Assembly (NCBI GenBank): GCA_963771085.1
Contig: CAVYSB010000002.1
Location: 448,917 to 512,916, forward strand
DNA from: an uncultured Solirubrobacteraceae bacterium
GTDB taxonomy: Bacteria; Actinomycetota; Thermoleophilia; Solirubrobacterales; Solirubrobacteraceae
Reading direction: 5' to 3'
DNA: 64,000 nt
The notes below the pieces were generated by a model. That model ran no database searches, was not told the origin of the DNA, and saw nothing but the letters and a program-made list of their open reading frames with translations. Shown in pieces: positions 54,841 through 64,000 of the stretch. Every line of letters begins with the position of its first letter. Positions within the stretch are counted from its first letter, which is position 1. Both the position numbers and the translations under genes were made by a program.

Positions 54841-54881
54841 GCCGTCGCCGCGGGGCTCTGCGAAGCCCCCGCGGCGACGGC
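54841..54881. terminator. bidirectional GC-rich hairpin (15-bp perfect stem)
   Basis: GCCGTCGCCGCGGGG-(11 nt)-CCCCGCGGCGACGGC lies between the convergent collagen-like and nitroreductase genes and is followed by TTCCC. Confidence 0.55.
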
Positions 54882-54933
54882 TTCCCGGCACGGTGTGAGC
54901 GGATCTACGACTCAGGACACCGGCTCGCGACGA

Positions 54934-55587
54934 TCAGGAAAGCGAGACGCCCCAGCGCTCGGCGAACGCGAACTCCTCGACCGGTTTGCGGGCCAGGCGC
55001 GACGGCCATGGATCGGCCCGGTGGCCCACGCCGATGTGGGCGGCCAGCGCGATGCCGTCCGGGATCCCGAGCAGCGCCCTGACCTCCGCCTCGGCCGGCA
55101 CCAGCAGCGTGGTCATCGCCGCGCCGAGGCCCTCTGCGCGCAGCGCCAGCAGCAGGTTCTGCACGAACGGGTAGATCGACGCGCCCCCCACGATGCTCTG
55201 CCGCGGCAGCCCCGCGTCGGTGACCGCGAGGTCCTCCAGGCGCACGCACACGACCAGGTGCACGGGGATCTCGTCGAGCCGCTCCGCGTACTCGTTCGCG
55301 CGCTGCACGCCCCGCACAGCTCGTGCGTCGAAGGCCTGCGGGTCCGCGAGCAGCTGCGCGCCGCCGGTCGTCTGCATGTATGCGCGCCAGCCGGGGAGGT
55401 ACAGATCGCGCAGCGCGCGGCGACGCTCGGCGTCGCGGACGACGATCACGCGCCAGCCCTGGCGGTTGCCGCCGCTCGGTGCGAAGCGGGCTGCCTCGAG
55501 CGCCCGCGCGAGCGCCTCCGGCGCGACCGGCTCGGTCGTGAAGCGCCGGCTCGTCGGCGCGCAGCGCATGGCCTCGAGCAGGTCCAC
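54934..55587 (-). CDS. nitroreductase family protein
   Basis: LLEAMRCAPTSRRFTTEPV...LEAARFAPSGGNRQGWRVIVV. GTG start proposed at 55587, just after the upstream stop. Confidence 0.85.
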   Translation of the reverse strand: MDLLEAMRCAPTSRRFTTEPVAPEALARALEAARFAPSGGNRQGWRVIVVRDAERRRALRDLYLPGWRAYMQTTGGAQLLADPQAFDARAVRGVQRANEYAERLDEIPVHLVVCVRLEDLAVTDAGLPRQSIVGGASIYPFVQNLLLALRAEGLGAAMTTLLVPAEAEVRALLGIPDGIALAAHIGVGHRADPWPSRLARKPVEEFAFAERWGVSLS

Positions 55588-55597
55588 GTCGGGGACG

Positions 55598-56194
55598 CTA
55601 GCGGTTTCCCTCGCCGAGCCGCCTGCGCACGCGAGCGGGCGCGCCGGCGGCCAGCGAGAACGGCTCGATGTCGCTCGTGACAACGCTGTTGGCGCCGATC
55701 ACGCAGCGCTCGCCGATACTGACGCCGCTGGCGACCACCACGTTGGCCCCCAGCCAGCAGTTCTCGCCGATCCGCGTGGGGCCCTTGCTCTCGAAGCCCT
55801 GCCAGGTGATCGGCCTGGTGGGGTCATCGACGCGGTGCGACGCATCGGAGACGAAGCAGCCGTTGGCGAGCATGCAGTGATCGCCGATCTCGACCAGCTC
55901 GTGTGCCGCCACCATCACGCCGAGGTTCAGGAAGGTGCCCGCGCCGATGCGCACGCGCGCGGAGCCCGGAGCGGTGATCCACACGTGCGGCTCCAGCAGC
56001 GTTCCCGGCCCGATCTCCAGGCGTCCCTCGCGCAGCGCCTCCAGCACGTTGCCGTGCACCGGCCAGCGCACGAACGCCTCGCGGCGCATGAACTCCCAGT
56101 GGATGCGCGCGCGGTTGTGGGGCAGCGAGCTGCGCTCATACCAGCGCCACTTCTGGGCCCACAGGCGGGCGCTGCGCGCGAGCTGCTCGCCCAT
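55598..56194 (-). CDS. hexapeptide-repeat (LbH) O-acetyltransferase
   Basis: IGAGTFLNLGVMV..VEIGDHCMLANGCFV...IGENCWLGANVVVASGVSIGERCVIGANSVV shows the left-handed beta-helix repeats of the Mac/LacA type. Confidence 0.85.
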   Translation of the reverse strand: MGEQLARSARLWAQKWRWYERSSLPHNRARIHWEFMRREAFVRWPVHGNVLEALREGRLEIGPGTLLEPHVWITAPGSARVRIGAGTFLNLGVMVAAHELVEIGDHCMLANGCFVSDASHRVDDPTRPITWQGFESKGPTRIGENCWLGANVVVASGVSIGERCVIGANSVVTSDIEPFSLAAGAPARVRRRLGEGNR

Positions 56195-56198
56195 GCGC

Positions 56199-59100
56199 TC
56201 AGGCGGCGACCCTGGCCGCCCGCCGGCGCGCTCCCGGGCGCGAGCCCTTGCCCGCGGCGGGCTTGCGCGCCGGGGTGAGGATCTGCGCGAGAAAGCGCCC
56301 GGTGTGAGATGCGGGCTCCGCCGCGACCTCCTCGGGGGTCCCCACCGCGATCGCCAGGCCGCCCTCCTCGCCGCCCTCGGGTCCCATGTCGATCAGCCGG
56401 TCGGCGCTCTTGATGATGTCGAGGTTGTGCTCGATCACCACCACACTGTTGCCCGCGTCCACGAGGCGCTGCAGGACATCCAGCAGGCGCTGGACGTCGG
56501 CAAAGTGCAATCCGGTGGTGGGCTCGTCGAGGATGTAGAGCGTGCTGCCGGTCGCGATCTTGGAGAGCTCCGTGGCGAGCTTCACGCGCTGGGCCTCCCC
56601 GCCCGAGAGCGTCGTGGCGGGCTGGCCCAGCCTGACGTAGCCGAGGCCGACCGCGTTCAGCGTCTCCAGGCGGCGGCGGATCTTGGGGATGTGCTCGAAG
56701 AAGCCCAGCGCCTCCTCCACGGACATGTCGAGCACGTCCGCGATGCTGCGGCCCTTGAACTTCACCTCGAGCGTCTCGCGGTTGTAGCGCTTGCCGTGGC
56801 ACTGCTCGCAGGGCACGTACACGTCGGGCAGAAAGTGCATCTCGATCTTGATCTGTCCGTCGCCGCGGCAGACCTCGCAGCGCCCGCCCTTGACGTTGAA
56901 GCTGAAGCGCCCGGGTTTGTAGCCGCGCGCGCGCGCCTCCTGGGTCTTGGCAAACAGGTCGCGGATCACGTCGAAGAGCCCCGTGTAGGTGGCCGGGTTG
57001 GAGCGCGGGGTGCGCCCGATCGGCGACTGGTCCACCGCGATGATCTTGTCGAGCTGCTCGAGGCCGTGGATGGCACGGTGCGCGCCCGCGCGCCTGCGCG
57101 CGCGGTGCAGCCGGTTGGCGACCGCCTTGAAGAGCACGTCGTTGACGAGCGTGGACTTGCCCGAGCCCGATACGCCGGTCACGCACGTCAGCACGCCAAG
57201 CGGTATGTGCACATCGATGTCGCGCAGGTTGTGCTGGCTGGCGCCGAGGATCTCGATATAGCCGCTCGGCGTGCGCCGGCGCTCGGGCAACTCGATCGTG
57301 CGCGCGCCCGAGAGGAACTGGCCGGTCAGCGACTCCGGCACGCGCTCCACCTGCGCCGCGGTGCCCTGCGCCACGATCTGCCCGCCGTGCTCGCCCGCTC
57401 CCGGCCCGAGGTCCACCAGATGGTCGGCCGCGCGCATCGTCTGCTCGTCGTGCTCGACCACGATCACCGTGTTGCCCAGGTCGCGCAGGCGCTCCAGCGT
57501 GCCGATCAGCTTGGAGTTGTCGCGCTGGTGCAGCCCGATCGAGGGCTCGTCGAGGATGTACAGCACGCCCACCAGCGAGGAGCCGATCTGCGTGGCCAGG
57601 CGGATGCGCTGGGCCTCCCCGCCGGACAGGGTGGCGGCGGCCCGGTCCATCGAGAGGTAGCCGATGCCGACGTTCTCCAGGAACTGCAGGCGCTCGGAGA
57701 TCTCGCGCAGGATCAGCCGGGCCACGTGGCGATCGGTCTCCGAGAGCTCCACCTCGGCCAGCCACTCCAGCGCCCGCCGCGCCGACAGCGCGCAGAAGTC
57801 CTCGATCCGCGTCCCCGCCACGAGCACCGCGCGCGACTCCGCGCGCAGCCGCGCGCCGCCGCACACCGGGCAGGCGCGCAGCGACATGTACTCCTCGATC
57901 TTCTCGCGCGTCCACTCGGAATCGGTCTCGCGGTAGCGGCGTTGCAGGTTCCTCATGATCCCCTCGAAGCGCGTCGCGTAGGAGCGCCTGCGCCCGTAGC
58001 GGTTGCGGTAGGTGACCTGGATGGGCTCGCCGTTGGTGCCCTCGAGGAACAGGCTGCGTTGCTCCTCGCCGAGCTCCTCCCACGGCAGCTCGAGATCCAC
58101 GTCATAGCGCTCCGCGATCGCCTCGGTGACCTGCTCGTAGTAGTTGGAGCTGCTGCCCGCCCACGGTGCCAGCGCACCTTCGGCGATGGAAAGCGTGGGG
58201 TCCGGCACCACCAGCTCGGGGTCGATCTCCATCATCGAGCCCAGGCCCGTGCAGCGCTCGCACGCACCGTGCGGGGAGTTGAAGGAGAAGATCCTGGGCT
58301 CCAGCTCGACCAGCGAGGGCCCGTGCTCGGGGCATGCGAAGCGCTCCGAGAAGGTGAACACGGTGCCCGGCTCGGGCGCCATCCCGGGCGCGATCTGGGT
58401 GGCCGCCGCGCGCGCGCCCTTGGCGCCCTTGGCGCCCGCCCGGGGCTCGGGGTCTCCCACGGCCGGCCCGCCGGCGGAGGCCGATCGGCCGGAGCCCATT
58501 ATCTCTATCTCAACCAGCCCGTCCGCCAGCGAGACCGCCGTCTCGATCGAGTCCGCCAGGCGCTTGCGCGCGTCGTGGCGCATCACGAGCCGGTCAACCA
58601 CGGCGGAGATGTCGTGCTTGTAGCGCTTGTCGAGCACGATCGACTCCTCCAGCATGCGCACGCGCTCGTCGATCTTCACGCGCGCGAAGCCGTCCGTGCG
58701 CAGCTCGTCGAGCAGCTTGCCGTACTCGCCCTTGCGCCCGCGCACCATCGGCGCCAGCACCATGAAGCGGGTGCCCTCCGCGAGCTCCATCACCTGGTCG
58801 ATGATCTGCTCGGCCGACTGCCCCACGATCGGGCGCCCGCAGATCGGGCAGTGCGGCTTGCCCACGCGTGCCCACAGCAGGCGCAGGTAGTCATAGATCT
58901 CGGTCACCGTGCCCACCGTCGAGCGCGGGTTGCGCGAGGTGGTCTTCTGGTCGATCGAGATCGCCGGCGAGAGGCCCTCGATCGAGTCCACGTCGGGCTT
59001 GTCCATCTGCCCCAGGAACTGCCTCGCGTACGCCGACAGCGACTCCACGTAGCGGCGCTGGCCCTCCGCGTAGATCGTGTCGAACGCGAGGCTCGACTTG

Positions 59101-59216
59101 CCCGAGCCCGACAGGCCCGTGATCACCACCAGCGCGTCCCGCGGCAGGGCCAGCGAGATGTCCTTGAGGTTGTGCTCCCGTGCGCCCGAGACCACTATCT
59201 GGTTGCCCGCTGCCAT
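56199..59216 (-). CDS. uvrA: excinuclease ABC subunit A
   Basis: [39 protein letters not shown], two ABC modules and zinc fingers. Start set at MAAGNQ (59216); the ORF extends to a TTG at 59240. Confidence 0.95.
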   Translation of the reverse strand: MAAGNQIVVSGAREHNLKDISLALPRDALVVITGLSGSGKSSLAFDTIYAEGQRRYVESLSAYARQFLGQMDKPDVDSIEGLSPAISIDQKTTSRNPRSTVGTVTEIYDYLRLLWARVGKPHCPICGRPIVGQSAEQIIDQVMELAEGTRFMVLAPMVRGRKGEYGKLLDELRTDGFARVKIDERVRMLEESIVLDKRYKHDISAVVDRLVMRHDARKRLADSIETAVSLADGLVEIEIMGSGRSASAGGPAVGDPEPRAGAKGAKGARAAATQIAPGMAPEPGTVFTFSERFACPEHGPSLVELEPRIFSFNSPHGACERCTGLGSMMEIDPELVVPDPTLSIAEGALAPWAGSSSNYYEQVTEAIAERYDVDLELPWEELGEEQRSLFLEGTNGEPIQVTYRNRYGRRRSYATRFEGIMRNLQRRYRETDSEWTREKIEEYMSLRACPVCGGARLRAESRAVLVAGTRIEDFCALSARRALEWLAEVELSETDRHVARLILREISERLQFLENVGIGYLSMDRAAATLSGGEAQRIRLATQIGSSLVGVLYILDEPSIGLHQRDNSKLIGTLERLRDLGNTVIVVEHDEQTMRAADHLVDLGPGAGEHGGQIVAQGTAAQVERVPESLTGQFLSGARTIELPERRRTPSGYIEILGASQHNLRDIDVHIPLGVLTCVTGVSGSGKSTLVNDVLFKAVANRLHRARRRAGAHRAIHGLEQLDKIIAVDQSPIGRTPRSNPATYTGLFDVIRDLFAKTQEARARGYKPGRFSFNVKGGRCEVCRGDGQIKIEMHFLPDVYVPCEQCHGKRYNRETLEVKFKGRSIADVLDMSVEEALGFFEHIPKIRRRLETLNAVGLGYVRLGQPATTLSGGEAQRVKLATELSKIATGSTLYILDEPTTGLHFADVQRLLDVLQRLVDAGNSVVVIEHNLDIIKSADRLIDMGPEGGEEGGLAIAVGTPEEVAAEPASHTGRFLAQILTPARKPAAGKGSRPGARRRAARVAA

Positions 59217-59269
59217 CCAACGGTGCATTCTATGAGGCAACTACATATCCAAAGCACGTATGCCTGGGA

Positions 59270-59289
59270 TTTGGCTCTACAGAGCCAAA
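59270..59289. promoter_or_regulatory. 20-bp palindrome TTTGGCTCT-ac-AGAGCCAAA in the uvrA upstream region
   Basis: Perfect 9-bp arms, located 54-73 nt upstream of the uvrA ATG. Function unknown (operator or RNA hairpin). Confidence 0.35.
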
Positions 59290-59304
59290 AACGCGGGGTA
59301 GGCG

Positions 59305-59742
59305 GTGAGCGATCTGAGTCGAACAAGCGTTCGACCTTCCCGCGAGGACTGGATCGCCTCGCTCGATCCGGGCGTGGCGCGTTATGTGGACGTACTTGAT
59401 GCCGCCGGGATCGAGACTTATGTGTCCTGTGAGGGCGGCGAGGGGCATTCCTACGCTGAGCCAGCGGTGCGCTTCTACGGTGCGCGTGGCGAGGGCTTCC
59501 GTGCCCTCGCGGTTGCGCTACAGCATGGATTCCCCGTGCGCGCCGTGCGGCGCACCTGGACCATTGACGAGGACAGCCATCCCCACGGCCCATACCGGGA
59601 AATGGCGTTCTGGCCCGATTCGATTTACCGCCCCTCGCGGTCGAGGCGCTTGCATTCATCGCAGAGCGGCCGACCCTCCACACCCGGTCTGCGGTGCTTC
59701 AGCTCGATTCGCTGGCCGTCTTTGCACACGGCGTTGTCGTGA
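59305..59742 (+). CDS. hypothetical protein
   Basis: GTG start. The first ~105 aa have reasonable codon usage (YVDVLDAAGIETYVSCEGGEGHSY...). The Ser/Arg-rich tail overlaps the convergent small ORF, so the C-terminus is doubtful. Confidence 0.4.
   Translation: MSDLSRTSVRPSREDWIASLDPGVARYVDVLDAAGIETYVSCEGGEGHSYAEPAVRFYGARGEGFRALAVALQHGFPVRAVRRTWTIDEDSHPHGPYREMAFWPDSIYRPSRSRRLHSSQSGRPSTPGLRCFSSIRWPSLHTALS
59319..59334. promoter_or_regulatory. LexA (SOS) box, TCGAACaagcGTTCGA
   Basis: Perfect match to the actinobacterial SOS-box consensus TCGAAC-N4-GTTCGA. It lies about 105 nt upstream of uvrA and within codons 5-10 of the divergent ORF 59305..59742. Confidence 0.6.
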
Positions 59743-59807
59743 TGAACGTTCCGGTGGTGGGGCGTGTACTCAAGCGAGGTCGTGTGGAACGGCGGGATCT
59801 TCGGCAT
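59625..59807 (-). CDS. small His/Cys-rich (zinc-ribbon-like) protein
   Basis: 60 aa. HHRNVHHDNAVCKDGQRIELKHRRPGVEGRPLCDECKRL resembles a small hypothetical family common in Actinomycetota (from memory). Confidence 0.5.
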   Translation of the reverse strand: MPKIPPFHTTSLEYTPHHRNVHHDNAVCKDGQRIELKHRRPGVEGRPLCDECKRLDREGR

Positions 59808-59850
59808 GGCCCCCTTCTCTCTAGTTCCAGTCGGGCGAAAGCCTCTCCGG

Positions 59851-60642
59851 CTAGCCTTCGATCGCGGCGTAAACCTCGTCGATCAGCTTGACGCTGTCGT
59901 CCAGCTCGAAGTTCTCGGTGATGTAGCGCTCGGTGTCCGCGCGCGACTCCCCGTTCAGCGCCATGTTCAGCGCGATCAGGCGGGCGCCGTCGAGATCGCC
60001 GCCCGCGGCCGGCGCGGGCTGGCTCGGTGCGGGCGCCACAGGAGCGGGCGCCACAGGAGCGGGTGCGACGGGGGCGGGCGCTTTCGGGGCGATCGCCTCC
60101 TCGAACTCGGCCTGGAAGCTCCCCGGCGTGTGCTCCGCCGAGGCGGCCTGAGCGCTGCTGGAGGCCGCGTCGTACAGTTCGCCCATGCCGGATTCGAGGG
60201 CGCCGAGATCCTCTGCCAGCCGGCCGGCGCCGGCGCGCAGGCTCTCAACCAGCGCGCTCACCTCGCGGTCCATCGAGCCCACGCGCTCCAGCAGCGCCGC
60301 GGCGACCTGCGCCACCGCGCCCACGTGCGCGCGTGCCTTCTCCAGCGCCTCCTCGCGCGTGCGCTCCGCGTCGCGGCCGGCCTCCTCGCGCACCCGCACC
60401 GCGTTCTCCACCGCCTGGCGCTCGATTTCCGCGGCAGCCGCCTCGGCTGCGGCGAGGATGTTCTGCACGTGGCTGCCCGCGCTCGAGGCGACCGACATGT
60501 CGCCGCCGCTGATCGCCGCGCGCTGCAGTTCCTCGAACTCCGCCGCCAGCGCCTGCAGGTGCGCATCCACGGCCGCAGCATCGTAGCCGCGCCTCGCGAT
60601 CGGGAAATCCCTGCGCTCTATCGCCTGGCGGTCGAAATCCAC
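59851..60642 (-). CDS. DivIVA-domain protein
   Basis: The N-terminal FPIARRGYDAAAVDAHLQALAAEFEEL is the DivIVA signature, followed by coiled coil. It contains a (APAPV)n low-complexity insert. Confidence 0.85.
   Translation of the reverse strand: MDFDRQAIERRDFPIARRGYDAAAVDAHLQALAAEFEELQRAAISGGDMSVASSAGSHVQNILAAAEAAAAEIERQAVENAVRVREEAGRDAERTREEALEKARAHVGAVAQVAAALLERVGSMDREVSALVESLRAGAGRLAEDLGALESGMGELYDAASSSAQAASAEHTPGSFQAEFEEAIAPKAPAPVAPAPVAPAPVAPAPSQPAPAAGGDLDGARLIALNMALNGESRADTERYITENFELDDSVKLIDEVYAAIEG
60031..60075. repeat. 15-bp tandem repeat (GGGCGCCACAGGAGC x2 perfect plus 1 degenerate) inside the DivIVA gene
   Basis: Encodes APAPVAPAPVAPAPV on the minus strand. Confidence 0.7.
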
Positions 60643-60651
60643 GGCGCCATC

Positions 60652-62733
60652 CTAAGCTATGTCGCCGGACGGAGCGTCGGCTGGCGAGGACTGGCCCACC
60701 GGAGCAGGCTCCGGCTGCACGTCCTGGCGCCCCATCTCGGCCAGGTCGCGGCGCAGCTCGCGCAGCTCGTCACGCAGCTGGGCGGCGTACTCGAAGCGCA
60801 GCTCGTCCGCCGCGGCGGCCATCTCCTCCTCGAGCTCGACCACCAGCCGCTCGAGCTCGTTGCGCGGCATCGTCTCGCCTGCCGCGCCGCGGCGGCCCGT
60901 GCGCCGTTTGCGCCCGCGCGGCACCTTCGACTCCGCCTGCAGGAACTCCGCGATGTCGGAGATGCCCTTCACGATCGTCGCCGCGGTGATGCCGTGCTCC
61001 TCGTTGTAGGCCAGCTGGATCGCCCTCCTGCGGTCGGTCTCCGAGATCGCCGCCTCCATCGCGCGCGTCTGCTTGTCCGCGTACATCAGCACCGTGCCGT
61101 CCACGTTGCGCGCTGCGCGCCCGATCGTCTGGATCAGCGAGGTCTCACCGCGCAGGAAACCCTCCTTGTCCGCATCCAGGATCGCAACCAGCGAGACCTC
61201 CGGCAGGTCGAGGCCCTCGCGCAGCAGGTTGACCCCCACCAGCACGTCGTACTCGCCCAGGCGCAGATCGCGGATGATCTGGATGCGCTCCAGCGTGTCG
61301 ATCTCCGAGTGCAGGTAGCGGGTCTTGAAGCCCATCTCCAGCAGGTACTGGGAGAGGTCCTCGCTCATCTTCTTGGTCAGCGTGGTCACCAGCACGCGCT
61401 CGTCGCGCTCCACGCGGACGCGGACCTCGTTCATCAGGTCGTCGATCTGGTTGCGCGTCTCACGCACCTCCACGACCGGGTCCACGATCCCCGTGGGGCG
61501 CACGATCTGCTCCACGATGCGCGTCGAGTGCGCCCGCTCGTAGTCCCCCGGGGTGGCCGAGACGAACAGCAGCTGCGGTGTGATCGAGAGGTACTCCTCG
61601 AATTTCTGCGGGCGGTTGTCCATCGCGCTGGGCAGGCGGAAGCCGTATTCCACTAGCGTCTGCTTGCGCGAGCGGTCGCCCTCGTACATCCCGCCGATCT
61701 GCGGCACCGTCTGGTGTGACTCGTCGATGAAGCAGATGAAGTCCTTGGGGAAGTAGTCGATCAGGCAGTAGGGCCGCTCGCCGGGAGCGCGGCCGTCGAG
61801 GATCCGCGAGTAGTTCTCGATGCCCGAGCAGAAGCCCACCTCCCGCAGCATCTCCATGTCGTACTGGGTGCGCTGGCGCAGGCGGTGGGACTCCAGCTGC
61901 TTGCCTTCGGACTCCAGCTGCTCGCAGCGCTCGTTCAGCTCGCGGCCGATCTCCTCCACGCCCGCCTCGATCGTCCCCTCCCTGACGTTGTAGTGGGTGG
62001 CCGGCCACACCGCCACGTGCTCCAGGTCGTCGGCCACCAGCTCGCCCGTCAGCGGATCGAACTGCTGCAGGCGTTCAACTTCGTCGCCGAACATCGTCGC
62101 GCGGAACGCCGTCTCGGCGTACGCGGGGAACACCTCGAGCGTCTCTCCGCGCACGCGGAAGGTGCCGCGCGAGAGCACCGAGTCGTTGCGCGTGTACTGG
62201 ATCGAGACCAGTTTGCGCAGCAGGCCGTCGCGGTCGAGAGTCTCGCCGCGGCGCAGGATCTGCATGTTCATCTCATAGGTCTCCGGCGAGCCCAGCCCGT
62301 AGATGCACGACACCGACGCCACCACGATCACGTCCCTGCGCGCGAACACCGCCGCTGTGGCCGCGTGGCGCAGGCGGTCGACCTCCTGGTTGATCGCCGA
62401 GTCCTTCTCGATGTACAGGTCCCGGCTGGGCACATAGGCCTCGGGCTGGTAGTAGTCGTAGTAGGAGACGAAGTACTCGACCGCGTTGTCGGGGAAGAAC
62501 GTGCGGAACTCGTTGCACAGCTGCGCCGCGAGCGTCTTGTTGTGCGCGATCACCAGCGCCGGGCGCTGCACCGCCTCGATCACGCCCGCCATCGCCATCG
62601 TCTTGCCCGTCCCCGTCGCGCCCAGCAGCGTCTGGAAGCGCTCGCCCGCCTCCACACCCTCGGCCAGCGACGCGATCGCCCCGGGCTGATCGGCGGTCGG
62701 CGTGAAGGCGGAATCGAGCTTGAAGGGGGGCAT
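60652..62733 (-). CDS. uvrB: excinuclease ABC subunit B
   Basis: [14 protein letters not shown]..., DESHQTVPQ, helicase motifs and the C-terminal UVR domain ([17 protein letters not shown]). Confidence 0.95.
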   Translation of the reverse strand: MPPFKLDSAFTPTADQPGAIASLAEGVEAGERFQTLLGATGTGKTMAMAGVIEAVQRPALVIAHNKTLAAQLCNEFRTFFPDNAVEYFVSYYDYYQPEAYVPSRDLYIEKDSAINQEVDRLRHAATAAVFARRDVIVVASVSCIYGLGSPETYEMNMQILRRGETLDRDGLLRKLVSIQYTRNDSVLSRGTFRVRGETLEVFPAYAETAFRATMFGDEVERLQQFDPLTGELVADDLEHVAVWPATHYNVREGTIEAGVEEIGRELNERCEQLESEGKQLESHRLRQRTQYDMEMLREVGFCSGIENYSRILDGRAPGERPYCLIDYFPKDFICFIDESHQTVPQIGGMYEGDRSRKQTLVEYGFRLPSAMDNRPQKFEEYLSITPQLLFVSATPGDYERAHSTRIVEQIVRPTGIVDPVVEVRETRNQIDDLMNEVRVRVERDERVLVTTLTKKMSEDLSQYLLEMGFKTRYLHSEIDTLERIQIIRDLRLGEYDVLVGVNLLREGLDLPEVSLVAILDADKEGFLRGETSLIQTIGRAARNVDGTVLMYADKQTRAMEAAISETDRRRAIQLAYNEEHGITAATIVKGISDIAEFLQAESKVPRGRKRRTGRRGAAGETMPRNELERLVVELEEEMAAAADELRFEYAAQLRDELRELRRDLAEMGRQDVQPEPAPVGQSSPADAPSGDIA

Positions 62734-62794
62734 GCGCGAGGGTCCCCCTACAGTAGCCCGTCCACCGAACGCCCCGCTGCGCTCAGCCGAGCAG

Positions 62795-63373
62795 CTACTG
62801 GATGCCCAGCTGCTGCGCGTAGCTGGAGCGGTATATCTGCTCGGCGGAGAGAACGCGCTGCACGTATTCGCGCGTCTCCGGGAAGGGGATCGCGGCGGCG
62901 CTCAGGCCCCTGCCTTCGGCGTGGGCTTCGGCGACCCAGCGATCGACGTTGGTCTCACCGCCGTTGTAGGCAGCGACCGCGAGCATCTGGTTGCCTTCGT
63001 AGTGGTCGAGCAGGTAGCGCAGGTAGTAGCTGCCGTAGGCCACGTTGACGCTCGGCGTGGCAAGGTCGCCGGCGGTGAAGCGGGTGCCGCCCGACAGGCG
63101 CGCCAGGTAGTAGGCGGTGGTCGGCAGAATCTGCATCAGGCCCTGTGCGCCGGCCGCGGAGGGACGCGGTTCGAATTTGCTCTCCGCATAGATCACCGCG
63201 GCGATCAGCGCCGGATCCAGGTGCTTGGCGGCGGCCTGTTCGCGGATGATGGCCGCGTCGGCGAGCGGGAGGGCTGGTTCGCGCACGGCCCCGCGCAGGC
63301 CGTAGTAGACGATCGCGCCGCAGAGGAAGATGAGGGCGGCCGCCGCCCATGCGCCGAGCGTCCGTTGGTTCAT
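62795..63373 (-). CDS. membrane-anchored lytic transglycosylase (SLT domain)
   Basis: An N-terminal TM is followed by [32 protein letters not shown] and AYNGG (goose-type lysozyme / SLT catalytic Glu motif). Confidence 0.85.
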   Translation of the reverse strand: MNQRTLGAWAAAALIFLCGAIVYYGLRGAVREPALPLADAAIIREQAAAKHLDPALIAAVIYAESKFEPRPSAAGAQGLMQILPTTAYYLARLSGGTRFTAGDLATPSVNVAYGSYYLRYLLDHYEGNQMLAVAAYNGGETNVDRWVAEAHAEGRGLSAAAIPFPETREYVQRVLSAEQIYRSSYAQQLGIQ

Positions 63374-63969
63374 CCTGCAAGCTTCTCAAGCACCGCCGAC
63401 AGCTGGCGCACCAGGTCCTCCTCGCTGCCGTCGTTGCGCACCGTGAAGGTCGCCCGCCGCGCCTTCTCCTCCTGTGAGAGCTGGCGTGCCGCGCGCTCGT
63501 CGGCCAGCGCGTGTCCGCGCGCGGCATCGCGCTCGCGGCGCACCTGCTCCTCGGCGACGACCGCGATCGTCGCGTCGTAGATCCCCTCGAGGCCAGCCTC
63601 GAACAGCAGTGGAACCTCGACCACGGCCGCCCGCGGCGGTGGTCTCTGCGCACGGGCGCGCGCGAGCCAGTCGGCGACCCGCTCGCCCACCAGCGGCCAC
63701 ACCAGACCCTCCAGCCACGCGCGATCCTCCTCAGCGCCGAACGCGCGCGCGGCCACGGCGGCCCGGTCCACCACGCCGCCCGGCGCCACCTCCTGCCCCC
63801 AGCGCGCCACCACCGCGTCGCGCAGCTGATCGCCCGCGTAGAGCTCGTGTACCACCGCGTCGCTGGAGATCACCGCCGCGCCGAGGTCCGCCAGCGCAGC
63901 CAGCGCGGTCGACTTCCCCGCACCCATGCCGCCGGTCAGCCCGACGAAGGGCACCGCCGGCTCCACCAT
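63370..63969 (-). CDS. coaE: dephospho-CoA kinase
   Basis: VGLTGGMGAGKSTALAAL P-loop. ATGA overlap with the downstream SLT gene. AGGAGA SD upstream. Confidence 0.9.
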   Translation of the reverse strand: MVEPAVPFVGLTGGMGAGKSTALAALADLGAAVISSDAVVHELYAGDQLRDAVVARWGQEVAPGGVVDRAAVAARAFGAEEDRAWLEGLVWPLVGERVADWLARARAQRPPPRAAVVEVPLLFEAGLEGIYDATIAVVAEEQVRRERDAARGHALADERAARQLSQEEKARRATFTVRNDGSEEDLVRQLSAVLEKLAG

Positions 63970-64000
63970 CGCGGGACCGCTCTCCTGCTGTCAGTCCTGC

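Noticed and set aside
55935-59399. 1154-aa plus-strand ORF, the longest in the track
   Set aside because: It is entirely antisense to uvrA, which is unmistakable. The translation is Arg/Ala/Leu/Asp-rich with no motifs.
63970-64000. End of another minus-strand gene at the window edge (TGA near 63991-63993), possibly rpsA by synteny with coaE-uvrB
   Set aside because: Only 2-3 codons are visible, so there is no sequence evidence for any product.

Overview
A 64-kb, very GC-rich bacterial chromosome segment. Gene content and order (comM-dprA, tsaEB-rimI-tsaD, rex, panCDB, uvrA, uvrB, coaE, TrkA pair next to an APC-USP permease) look like Actinomycetota, possibly Thermoleophilia/Rubrobacteria-like; this taxonomic guess is inference only. 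About 70 CDS and 2 tRNAs can be supported; I saw no rRNA and no CRISPR array. Most of the window is housekeeping or stress genes: MsrA/MsrB, two DHA2 MFS pumps with a MerR regulator, a heterodimeric ABC exporter pair, an H+/Na+-pyrophosphatase, Rex, the t6A machinery, pantothenate synthesis and UvrA/UvrB. Two mobile-DNA events are readable directly from the sequence. (1) An IS481-family element at 3605-4876 is flanked by a 13-bp duplication identical to the 3' end of the adjacent tRNA-Gly. (2) A roughly 10.2-kb integrative element at 24666-34886 is bounded by a perfect 22-bp direct repeat that is the 3' end of tRNA-Gln(CTG). It carries a tyrosine integrase, a Xis-like HTH protein, a MOBF/TrwC relaxase-helicase, decayed toxin-antitoxin/HEPN remnants, and a lower-GC cargo. 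That cargo includes a divergent gene pair that is my best candidate for an undescribed defence or abortive-infection module: a 503-aa protein with a HEPN-type RNxxxH motif and a 372-aa protein with a PD-(D/E)xK-like core. Other notable items are a single-chain ECF sigma / ZAS anti-sigma / transmembrane fusion divergent from a collagen-like (GXY)12 secreted protein, a perfect actinobacterial-type LexA box (TCGAAC-N4-GTTCGA) between uvrA and a hypothetical gene, a six-gene translationally coupled chain from tsaE to rex, and a BCCP-carboxyltransferase fusion. All family assignments come from motif recognition by eye. None has been checked against a database.
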